From Bacteroidota bacterium (lineage in GTDB: Bacteria > Bacteroidota > Bacteroidia > NS11-12g > UBA955), in NCBI GenBank assembly GCA_013205405.1, contig JABMMZ010000041.1, positions 9,718 to 73,717 on the forward strand: a stretch of DNA of 64,000 nt, in the 5' to 3' direction. The position numbers and the translations under genes are program-made. Position 1 is the stretch's first letter, and every line of letters begins with the position of its first letter. The notes beneath the pieces are model-generated. The model did not search any database and had not been told where the DNA came from. It was given only the letters and a program-made list of their open reading frames with translations. Shown here one piece after another: positions 28,887 through 37,871 of this stretch.

Positions 28887-31800
28887 TTGAAATTAAAATT
28901 TGATTTAAAAATTACACGCTCTCTCATTCTTGTTTTTATCTCCGTTTATTGGTTAACCGCTAATGGACAAGGGAATAAACTGAGCGTTCAAATTTTAGCA
29001 CCAAAAAATATAAGTATCTGTGGTATAAATGATACCACGTTCATTCAAATTTATAATATCTCTTCAGGAAACATAAATAGTATAAAGGTTACGCTTAATC
29101 TGCCTCCTGGAGTATACTATATTAAAGGTAGTTTTAAAGGTGTAGCTGGTGTTTCAGAATCTAATATTTCTAATTTAAATGCACCCATTTTTAATGCCCC
29201 TAATTTAGGTGTTGCTAAAAATTTTTATTTTAGTGTAAATTTAACTGCAGGATGTGGTTTATATAACTATATAAGTAATAATAATTCGCCCGTTGTAAAT
29301 GCAAGAGCCGACTATACTGGAAACTTTGATGTAGGCAATTCCTTGCCATTTTCAGCCAAAGTACCTTCCGTAAATATAAGTACAATCGTTAATCAAACCT
29401 ATACTGGCTCAGTAGGTGATGTATTTGGAAGAACAATTACCATTGGTAATTTTGGAAAAGGTCCTTTGCATAGTTTAACCCTTTTAAGAATAAATGGAAG
29501 TGATGTTAAAACATATAAAGTTAATCAAGGCACAACTACTTTTAGTAATGATTCTGTAAAAACAACATTTGGCACTGCTGATTTTAAAAAAGTGGGTAAT
29601 TTAGATTCCTTTTTAGATCAAAATGAAGTGATTGTAATTATAGATTCAAGTCGAATTTTAAAGTGTAATAAACTTTCTACTGTTTACGAATTATCATGGG
29701 GCTGTTTGGGGAACACTTGCCAATTGGTAAAAAATTCTGGCATCGTTTTAATAAGTAGTAGTAGCCCCAATATTTTAGCCATTCCTACTCCTAAATATAT
29801 TACTTGTTTTGATAATAAAGTTAATAATCAATTATTAAAGATAACTAATAATGGACAAAAAATAGCTTTAAACACACGTGTATCTATAGATCAAGGCTAT
29901 TATTACGAATTGTCTAAATTAGATACCAATACCTTATTTATAAAAACTGGATGGAAAGGTAATTGGAAAAAACCAGTCATTGACAGTTTTGGATTTACTT
30001 ATGGTTTAGGTGCTTATAATTGTTTAGGAATGAATCCCATAGGTAGTTTTAGAATAAAAACAGGGGATATTTTACCCAAAGACACCATTTACATTATTTT
30101 TAATAATTATACTTGCATCCCAAACCAGTGTAACGTCAATTTTTATAACAACAGCTGGTTGTATAGCATTGAATATTTTGATTTATGTAAAAATAAAAAA
30201 ACAATAGTACCTACTTGGGCTAAGTATTATGATTATAGTATTATAAGCTCTAGTAATTTTACCCCTACAGATTTGGTAAACAATCAAAAAGGCACCTTTC
30301 GACAAACGTTTACAAGTTTTAATTTAATGCCTTACGATGCTTCAGCATCATATCAATATGATGTTATTTTGCCCGTAGGTCTTAAACATAGTTTAAATAA
30401 AAATGATTTATTTTTTGACGATGCAGGTCTTACTTTAACTTGGAAACCAGATTCGGTGGTGATGAGAAAGGATACGCTGAGATCTTATTTTTCAAAGCTG
30501 CCATTTAGCTTGTACAATAGCGAATTGGTATATTATTTAACAGCTGATTGCAGTAAATCTGGTGCCAATGGCGTAAAAACTGTCAATACTATATTTCGGT
30601 ATAGCCCCACTAATAAATGTGCGCCTAGAGAATGGTTTTCACATTGCGCTTCGTATAGCATTAAAATACATTGTACAGCTAATTGTACGGCTGGTTTAAA
30701 ATTTTTAGATTTTAAAGTTAACAGAACAAGTTATGGTAAGCCAGACAATAATAATGACGGACTTCCTGATGGTTCTGGTGCATTAGATTTATCAAGAATT
30801 AGAGCAGAGCGAGCCATGGTGGGCGATAGCATTACTTCAGTATTTCAAGGAAAAATATTACGCTCTAGAAGCTCTATCAGTTGGCGCTATTTATATGCAG
30901 AGAGTAATATTCCTTATGGCTATTATTTAGATGTAGCAAGTGTCAATTTTCAAGTTTTTAGAGGTGGTTCCAGAAGAGTAAATTGCAACAGCATACGATT
31001 TAAAAAAGTAACAAGCGGAGGAAATGCTAATTTTATTTTCGATTTAAGTATCGATTCGATTGCATCCTGTATTGCCTCTGGGTTCGATTATAGAAATAAT
31101 GACAGTGTAAGCTTAAAAGTTATTTATAGAGTGGCCAGAAATATTGGCCAATACACGGTAACAACTCAATTTAGCAACTTTTTTTACACAAGTGATATTG
31201 TGAATCCAACACTCAGAGCCAATAAGTTTCAGTGCGATACATTTTCAGGGCAGATAGTTTTAAATGGCTACATTTATTATAATTATGGACCCGATTATTA
31301 TCAATTGAACAGCTGTAATCAGGTTAATATATCACAAAATTTTTATCTGGGGATAGGCTCTAATTCTTTGTATGCAGGCAATAATATTTTTCCTTATGAG
31401 TATAGAAACTTTGCCCGAATGAAAGAGATAATATGCTACTTACCTGCAGGCTTAAAATTAGTAAAAGCGACATTAGGACAATACAGAACTTCTGGTTCCA
31501 ATCAGTATCTTTATCAATACAAAGACACCATAGCATACAAAGTAGTAAATAACAATTATATATTCGAAATTTCTAAATATTATACCGACTCGGCAAGGGG
31601 AAAAATAAACTTGAGTGATGATGCTTTTCAGGGTATTTTTAATATGCTGATAACGCCAACTTGCGAGTTACCCAATGGGGTTAATATTCCAATAAAATAC
31701 GATTTTATGTTTGAAAAAAAGGGGACACTGCCAAAAGGTATTGATACGCTTTCCTCTTTGTCATATACTGATAATTTTATTTTTAATAAACCTACTGTAA

Positions 31801-34800
31801 GCGTAAAACCTACTATACCTATTAATTATGCAGCTACCGATACTGCCGAGTGGGAAGTTATTTACACCAATTCTTCTTCTACTTTCAATTCATTAAATGC
31901 TTGGTTTTCGCCAGATAATTCGGGCGCTATTAAGATTATCGAAATAAAAGATGCCACCAAAGACACCTTTTTAAAACAGGTCAATCAAATATACAAAGCT
32001 GGCACCATGCCTTTTAACAGTGCAAGAAAATTTAAAGTAAGGGCCACATATAATTCTTGTAAAAAAGACAGTGTTATTTTATATTCGGGTTGGAATTGCG
32101 ATGGCTATCCCAAAGATTTTTCATCTTACAATTGTTCATCAGAAAAAATAGTACTTTACCTAGAACCACAGAACACCCAATTTCAAGTAAGTATTGCAGA
32201 TTCTATAACATCGGCAAGTCTCTGTGGGCAAACACCTTATTATTATTTATTAGAAAATATAGGCGCTACAGCAGCTCAAAATTCCAAAGCCCTATTAACC
32301 TTGCCCATTGGCATGCAGGTAGTAAGTGGAAAAAGCTATGTTAAACATCCTTTAAAAAATAGTTGGGCATTACTGCCAAATCCGACTTTACAATCGGGTA
32401 CTACCTACCAGTGGAATTTAGCCTCAGCATTAAGTTCTTTAAAAGCAGGATTTAAAGGCATTACAGATACGACTAAAAATAAAATCTATATTAAGTTTTA
32501 TGTAAAAACAAATTGTAATTACTCGAGCGGAAATTATATCAGAGCCTCTGCAAGTGGAAATATTAAATGCGGCAACCCTGTTCTTGTGTTTCCAAGTATT
32601 AGTAATCCCTTGAATATTACAGGTGTAACAAAACCTTATTTTTCTTTACTAAAAGTAAAAGCAGACATCATATTACCATGTGAAAAAAACAGTAAAGTAA
32701 ATGTTACGATAATAAATTTAGGACCAGGTATTACGGGTATTGAAGATAAATATCAGGCTATTTTGCCTGTAGGAGTAAAATATGATTCTATGGCGTATTC
32801 TGCTATACGCAATGCACCTAATAATATATTAACCGTAAGTAGAAATATAAATGGTGCAACAGAAATAGAATTTAGCTTGCAAGATAGCATTTTACCAGGA
32901 GATAGCATGGAGTTTTCATTAGGACTTATTACAGATTCTAAAAAAGTAAATTGTGGTACAATAGATTACTACAGCCAAGCCTCTGTTAAACAATCTGTAA
33001 TATGTGTGGAGAATAATACCACTTGTAAAATAAATGTAGTAACAGGCAATACACTTCTAAAAATACCAGTTTTAAAAGCTGATATTCAATTATCAAAAGT
33101 TAAATCAAAATTACAAAGTTTTGCTTCCGATTCGGAAACCGTAAGCCTAACCTATACTTTAAAAAATGCGGGAAACAATATTAGCAGCAGCAACAAAACA
33201 AAACTGCTTTATTATTATGATAAAAATCTATCGGGGCAAGTAGATAGTGGCGATGCGGTTGTGGGTTCCTTAACGATTAATTCAGGAATAAAAAAAGATT
33301 CGATATTAAATATTGGAACCACCATAAAAGTAAAATCAGGCTATTCATGTGCCTTATTTATAGCTGTAGATAGTAGCTCGTGTGCTTGTAGTTTCAATCA
33401 ATATAAAATACCTGCACCTAGCCTGCCCAATGCAGGTCCCGATGTAGCATTTTGTAGTGGAACGCCTAATCAATTAGGTTTTTTAAAATCACCCGGATTT
33501 ACCTATGCTTGGCAACCAGCCTTAGAGCTTTCGTCAGATACCAATGCATTAACAAAAATTACTTTCGGAAATACTAGCAGTTCTAAATCAGTAAGGCGTT
33601 ATATTTTAACCACCAAGCGCGTCAGTTGTATTTCTAAGGATACCGTATTTGCGACTCTTTATCCATTGCCTAATATTAAATTAGCACAATTTGATACCCT
33701 CGTTTGTCAAAAACAACAAGTAAAAATAGGCGCAAAAGCAAAAGGTGGCAGTGGTATATTAAAATATAAATGGTTTCCAACATTGAGCGTTAAAGACAGC
33801 ACTAAATTAAGTACTATTGCCATTGGTCAGGCTAGTACTTATTATCGCTTGTTAGTATCAGATTCTTTTCAATGTAAAAGTACTGATAGTTTAAAAATAA
33901 CGATTAAACCAATACCAAAATCTAACTTCACCTTTAATACTATGTGCTATGGTAATTTAGTATCACTAACCGATTCGTCCACTATTGCAGAAGACAGTAT
34001 TTTGAGCAACAGATGGACACAAAGTTTAGTAGATACTCTGGATACTAAAACATGGAAAATTTGGGTGCCTAAAACTTTGCAAACCAATATCCGATTAATT
34101 TCAGAAAGCCCTTATGGCTGTAAAGACACAATTAAAAAAATAGTAACTATTAAACCATTGCCTATTGCTAAAATCCAATTACAGAATATTTGTTTTGGCA
34201 ATACCAGCCAATTTAAAAACCAATCTATTGGCAATATTACAGCCCATAATTGGCAATATGGCGATGGTAATACCTCTAATACCAATGATACTATTCATAC
34301 CTACAATATGGCCGATACCTTTGTTGTAAAATTGAAAGTAACAACGCCATTTGGTTGTATTGATACTACTAAAGACACCATTATTATTTTCCCCAAACCA
34401 ATTGCCAATTTTATAGGCATCAATCTGTGTTTTGGCGATAGCAATACCTATACAAATACCAGCTCAATTAGCAGAGATAGTATAACCCAAAATGAATGGA
34501 ATTTAGGAGATAATTCGGGTGTTATAGCAAAAAATACAACACATCTTTATTCTACCTATGGTACTTACAATGTAGAACTAAAAGTGCAAACAGCCTTTGG
34601 TTGTGCAGATACCATTGTTAAGCCATTTACCATTTATCCATTACCTAGAGCTATTATACAATCAGATACATTATGCTATGGCAAAACAAGCCAATTTAAA
34701 GAACTCAGCACAGTGCCCACCGGTGCTTTAAGTAGCCGAAAATGGATACTGAGTAATGGTTATCAAAACACCAATTCCAATTTTTCATATCGCTATTTAG

Positions 34801-36140
34801 TAGCAGACACCTTATTGGTTCAGTATTGGGTACAAACCGATAAAGGCTGCAGAGATTCAACCATTGGATACAGCATGGTGCATCAAAAAATAACGCCTGT
34901 AATCACCACCCAAGACAATTGCCTAGATGACAGCTCTGCTTTTATCAATAATTCTATTTTTACCAAAACCCAAATAAGTAGCCAAAAATGGAAACTAAGT
35001 GCCTTAGATTCCACTACCAATTCAAACCCTCAATTTTTATATTCAAGTTATGGTAAAAAGAATATTTCACTCTCTGTCACCAGCACCGAAGGCTGCAGAT
35101 ACGATACCACAGGCAGTTTATTTATTTTTCCAAAACCACTCTTAAGCATTTTAAATACCAATGTATGCAGAGACAATCAGTTTAATTTTAGCGCTACAGC
35201 CAATATACCGGTGGGCCTTATAGACAGCACCATTTGGAACTTTAATGACGGCACATTTGCTTACGTATTAAGCACCAAACACAATTTTCCTAGCGCAGGC
35301 AATTACCAAGTTGTATTCAAAGCAAAAAGCGATTTTGGCTGCATAGATACCGTGCAGCAAAGCATTAATAGCTACCCACCTGTTATTACAGCCTTTTCAG
35401 CGGATAGTGTTTGCTTTGGAACAAGCACTACTTTTAAAGATGTATCTATAGTGCCCAATGCCACTATTAGCAAATACTACTGGCAATTTGGCGATGGTTA
35501 TAAAGACTATATCCAAAATCCTACCCATTTGTACGATACCGATAGCACATATCCTGTAAAACTGCAAATAACTACCAGTTATAATTGTGTATACGATACC
35601 ATAGGCAAAGTAAGAGTTTACCCGGTACCAAAATCTGTATTTATAACCGACCCACCCATAGGCACCGTTGTAAATCCTAAAATACAATTTATCAACCAAA
35701 GCTTAGGCGCTACATGGGTAAAATATCTGATAGGCAAAGGGCCTACATTTATACAAGATACCGTTAATTATTATTTCAAAGATAGCGGCACTTATACAAT
35801 CAAACAGTGGGCATATAATCAATATGGCTGCAGTGATTCTAGCACTAAGACTATTTCAATAAATTATATCCTTAATTATTACTTACCCAATGCCTTTAGT
35901 CCTAATGGAGATAGCTTGAACAGTGTTTTACAGCCAGTAGGCATAGGTATATCCAATTACGAAATGATAGTAGCCAATAGATGGGGCGAAATACTTTACC
36001 AAACCAAAGACAGCAAAGGCTGGGACGGCACTTTTATGGGCGATTTTGTACCTGAAGGACACTACATAGTATGGTACAAAATAAAGAGCTTTAAAGGCCA
36101 AGTGCAATACAAAAGGCAAGTGGTAACAGTACTAAGATAA
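28887..36140 (+). CDS. Giant cell-surface adhesin-like protein with PKD-like repeats and a T9SS type-B (gliding-motility-associated) C-terminal sorting domain
   Basis: 2417 aa with a signal peptide. Long Ig/beta-sandwich-like N-terminal part, an ANAGPD-type segment, and about eight PKD-like modules. C-terminus YLPNAFSPNGDSLNSVLQPVG...WDGTFMGDFVPEGHYIVWYKIK is typical of the type-B CTD. Confidence 0.85.
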   Translation: MKLKFDLKITRSLILVFISVYWLTANGQGNKLSVQILAPKNISICGINDTTFIQIYNISSGNINSIKVTLNLPPGVYYIKGSFKGVAGVSESNISNLNAPIFNAPNLGVAKNFYFSVNLTAGCGLYNYISNNNSPVVNARADYTGNFDVGNSLPFSAKVPSVNISTIVNQTYTGSVGDVFGRTITIGNFGKGPLHSLTLLRINGSDVKTYKVNQGTTTFSNDSVKTTFGTADFKKVGNLDSFLDQNEVIVIIDSSRILKCNKLSTVYELSWGCLGNTCQLVKNSGIVLISSSSPNILAIPTPKYITCFDNKVNNQLLKITNNGQKIALNTRVSIDQGYYYELSKLDTNTLFIKTGWKGNWKKPVIDSFGFTYGLGAYNCLGMNPIGSFRIKTGDILPKDTIYIIFNNYTCIPNQCNVNFYNNSWLYSIEYFDLCKNKKTIVPTWAKYYDYSIISSSNFTPTDLVNNQKGTFRQTFTSFNLMPYDASASYQYDVILPVGLKHSLNKNDLFFDDAGLTLTWKPDSVVMRKDTLRSYFSKLPFSLYNSELVYYLTADCSKSGANGVKTVNTIFRYSPTNKCAPREWFSHCASYSIKIHCTANCTAGLKFLDFKVNRTSYGKPDNNNDGLPDGSGALDLSRIRAERAMVGDSITSVFQGKILRSRSSISWRYLYAESNIPYGYYLDVASVNFQVFRGGSRRVNCNSIRFKKVTSGGNANFIFDLSIDSIASCIASGFDYRNNDSVSLKVIYRVARNIGQYTVTTQFSNFFYTSDIVNPTLRANKFQCDTFSGQIVLNGYIYYNYGPDYYQLNSCNQVNISQNFYLGIGSNSLYAGNNIFPYEYRNFARMKEIICYLPAGLKLVKATLGQYRTSGSNQYLYQYKDTIAYKVVNNNYIFEISKYYTDSARGKINLSDDAFQGIFNMLITPTCELPNGVNIPIKYDFMFEKKGTLPKGIDTLSSLSYTDNFIFNKPTVSVKPTIPINYAATDTAEWEVIYTNSSSTFNSLNAWFSPDNSGAIKIIEIKDATKDTFLKQVNQIYKAGTMPFNSARKFKVRATYNSCKKDSVILYSGWNCDGYPKDFSSYNCSSEKIVLYLEPQNTQFQVSIADSITSASLCGQTPYYYLLENIGATAAQNSKALLTLPIGMQVVSGKSYVKHPLKNSWALLPNPTLQSGTTYQWNLASALSSLKAGFKGITDTTKNKIYIKFYVKTNCNYSSGNYIRASASGNIKCGNPVLVFPSISNPLNITGVTKPYFSLLKVKADIILPCEKNSKVNVTIINLGPGITGIEDKYQAILPVGVKYDSMAYSAIRNAPNNILTVSRNINGATEIEFSLQDSILPGDSMEFSLGLITDSKKVNCGTIDYYSQASVKQSVICVENNTTCKINVVTGNTLLKIPVLKADIQLSKVKSKLQSFASDSETVSLTYTLKNAGNNISSSNKTKLLYYYDKNLSGQVDSGDAVVGSLTINSGIKKDSILNIGTTIKVKSGYSCALFIAVDSSSCACSFNQYKIPAPSLPNAGPDVAFCSGTPNQLGFLKSPGFTYAWQPALELSSDTNALTKITFGNTSSSKSVRRYILTTKRVSCISKDTVFATLYPLPNIKLAQFDTLVCQKQQVKIGAKAKGGSGILKYKWFPTLSVKDSTKLSTIAIGQASTYYRLLVSDSFQCKSTDSLKITIKPIPKSNFTFNTMCYGNLVSLTDSSTIAEDSILSNRWTQSLVDTLDTKTWKIWVPKTLQTNIRLISESPYGCKDTIKKIVTIKPLPIAKIQLQNICFGNTSQFKNQSIGNITAHNWQYGDGNTSNTNDTIHTYNMADTFVVKLKVTTPFGCIDTTKDTIIIFPKPIANFIGINLCFGDSNTYTNTSSISRDSITQNEWNLGDNSGVIAKNTTHLYSTYGTYNVELKVQTAFGCADTIVKPFTIYPLPRAIIQSDTLCYGKTSQFKELSTVPTGALSSRKWILSNGYQNTNSNFSYRYLVADTLLVQYWVQTDKGCRDSTIGYSMVHQKITPVITTQDNCLDDSSAFINNSIFTKTQISSQKWKLSALDSTTNSNPQFLYSSYGKKNISLSVTSTEGCRYDTTGSLFIFPKPLLSILNTNVCRDNQFNFSATANIPVGLIDSTIWNFNDGTFAYVLSTKHNFPSAGNYQVVFKAKSDFGCIDTVQQSINSYPPVITAFSADSVCFGTSTTFKDVSIVPNATISKYYWQFGDGYKDYIQNPTHLYDTDSTYPVKLQITTSYNCVYDTIGKVRVYPVPKSVFITDPPIGTVVNPKIQFINQSLGATWVKYLIGKGPTFIQDTVNYYFKDSGTYTIKQWAYNQYGCSDSSTKTISINYILNYYLPNAFSPNGDSLNSVLQPVGIGISNYEMIVANRWGEILYQTKDSKGWDGTFMGDFVPEGHYIVWYKIKSFKGQVQYKRQVVTVLR
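33907..35860 (+). repeat. Array of about eight divergent PKD-like coding modules (about 78 aa each) within the adhesin gene
   Basis: Each module starts P(I/L/K)P...(F/I)...C(F/Y)G and contains W..GDG and a Y.V.L......GC.D pattern. Confidence 0.75.
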
Positions 36141-36160
36141 ACGCATAAACTTATTTTACT

Positions 36161-36262
36161 ATGAGGGCGTATTCCTTTCAGGGTCGGGCTTATACGCCTT
36201 TACTACTCGCTAAATTGAATTTTACTTTGGGGTATCGGCTTCCATCCCTTACGCGGGCTAGT
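36161..36262. repeat. Isolated GC-rich hairpin-forming intergenic element (REP/MITE-like candidate)
   Basis: GGCGTAT (36166-36172) pairs with ATACGCC (36192-36198). Two degenerate direct copies of a GC-rich motif: GGGTCGGGCTT...CTCGC and GGTATCGGCTTCC...CGCGGGC. GC content is clearly above the flanks. The 60-aa ORF across it looks non-coding. Confidence 0.45.
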
Positions 36263-36300
36263 GATTGGTTATTTCAGATACTTAGATTTTCATACTTCAG

Positions 36301-36398
36301 TTCTCGATACATTCCTTTCAAAGCAAAGGAACACTCGAACTGACAACTACCGTTCGCACTTCGCATAAAAAAATGGCTTTGCATTTTTGTATCGAGAA
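36301..36398. other. 98-nt cloverleaf-like structured element (candidate ncRNA or mobile-element end; strand unknown)
   Basis: The perfect 10-bp closing stem TTCTCGATAC (36301-36310) / GTATCGAGAA (36389-36398) encloses three hairpins: 36312-36318/36325-36331 (7 bp), 36336-36340/36352-36356 (5 bp) and 36369-36375/36382-36388 (7 bp). Confidence 0.35.
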
Positions 36399-36817
36399 GT
36401 TGCTAAGCCAGTTTTTACATCTGGTAATTCTTTAAGACCAATTAAACTTAAAAAATCTTACAACCTATAATAAAAGTCACATTGATAATTTATCAAAAAA
36501 ATACATATATCTGAAAAGTATTTAACAATGCAATCTTACCCTGCCAAATTTGGGCGGATAAGTATGACAATAGAATCCTTATAAATCGTTTGACCTAATT
36601 ATTGACATTAAAGATGTTATAGTTCACGCTATTTATGAATGTAGGGATTTTAAGAATCTAAACTTTTTAAAATCTGAACATAAACGAATTCACATTGAAA
36701 GATGGGAATTTTCATTATAAAACACGCCATGAAATTTAAAATCATTGTGTTAGTATTTTATAGTTTATGAGCTGTGTCTTTCCTCAAAGAGGGTATAATA
36801 AGAAAGCTTTTTAGCAC

Positions 36818-37738
36818 TTAAAGCCTAGGTTTATCGTTGGTCGTTTCTAAAGCTATTTGTTTTTCAAATTTGTTATGAATAATGAGAACGAATAACCCAA
36901 ATAAAATGGCTGATATTATTAAAATAGTATTTAATAAACCAGTAACGGAGAAAGACAATCTAATTAAAATAGTAGAAATAATAAATCCTGAATTTCTGAT
37001 AACCACATGAAACTCGTCTGTAAGAAAAAAGGAGAATAATAATAAAATAACATCTGCTATGATTAAAACAGAAAAAAACTGATCAAAAAACACATTGTTT
37101 ATATCCTTGAATGAGACACTGCTGCTAGGATAAATAATGCCAATACCCCAGTTTAAAAAAGAATAAATAGCGAGCAAAATAAGTATTGGAACCAGTAGAG
37201 TAGCTATTTTCTTTTTGATTTGAATAAATCTTGATATTTCCTCTTTTTGCTTTTCATTTCGTTCAATTGTTCTATATCTCTTTTTACTTTGTATATAAAA
37301 ATGATAAATTAAAAAAAACATAATGACAGCGGCTATTAAATCATACGTAAATTGTAAGTCGTATTTAATTTTAAACCAATTGGATGAAAGAGTTAAATTG
37401 GAAAGGTCTTTAAACAATCTTCGGATAATGATTAAAGTAATGATTTCATATTGTTTTCCAATATAGGTAGTGATAGATTTAGGCAAATAATATATTAATA
37501 GATACACCTCATACACCAAAATAAAAGAAAAGGGCGTATAAATAGCCGCAATAGGATTATTGAGCAACTCAGAATTTTTATAGATAGATATTAGGCCAAT
37601 ATCAGCTAAAAAAATAATAATAAGATGAAAAATGAAACTTGCAATTGCAATTATTAAAATGATGCGTTCACTTTTTCTTTTTACATTATCTGAAAGCAAT
37701 TTGAGATAAAATTTATTAAAAAATGTATTCACTATCAT
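36818..37738 (-). CDS. Hypothetical polytopic membrane protein
   Basis: 306 aa, about 7 hydrophobic helices. No motif I recognise. Confidence 0.55.
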   Translation of the reverse strand: MIVNTFFNKFYLKLLSDNVKRKSERIILIIAIASFIFHLIIIFLADIGLISIYKNSELLNNPIAAIYTPFSFILVYEVYLLIYYLPKSITTYIGKQYEIITLIIIRRLFKDLSNLTLSSNWFKIKYDLQFTYDLIAAVIMFFLIYHFYIQSKKRYRTIERNEKQKEEISRFIQIKKKIATLLVPILILLAIYSFLNWGIGIIYPSSSVSFKDINNVFFDQFFSVLIIADVILLLFSFFLTDEFHVVIRNSGFIISTILIRLSFSVTGLLNTILIISAILFGLFVLIIHNKFEKQIALETTNDKPRL

Positions 37739-37831
37739 TTTAATATTTTAGTTTAAATATAACTAATAAACAAACTGATTTGATAAAAGTTCTACTAGGA
37801 CATTAATAAGGATGAATTTCCTTTTAAAAAT

Positions 37832-37856
37832 AAAAAAAAGGGCGAGTAACAAGCCC
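37832..37856 (-). terminator. Possible rho-independent terminator after gldG
   Basis: Read on the minus strand: GGGC-loop-GCCC followed by T8. The stem is short (4 GC pairs), so this is tentative. Confidence 0.4.
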
Positions 37857-37871
37857 ATAAAAGAATTAAAT

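Noticed and set aside
33907-35860. Periodic repeat structure that could be mistaken for a CRISPR or tandem DNA repeat
   Set aside because: The periodicity (about 235 bp) is at the protein-domain level (PKD-like modules) inside one continuous ORF. The units are divergent at the nucleotide level, and there are no short identical repeats with unique spacers.
36161-36343. 60-aa ORF MRAYSFQGRAYTPLLL...
   Set aside because: It spans the GC-rich hairpin element and has arbitrary composition and no promoter or RBS-like context. It is best explained as a chance frame through a structured non-coding repeat.
36336-36356. GTTCG/CGAAC-containing hairpin as a possible tRNA T-arm or tRNA gene
   Set aside because: There is no acceptor stem or anticodon architecture of tRNA size. 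The 98-nt closing stem and hairpin sizes do not fit a tRNA, and no GGTTCGAATCC-type box is present.
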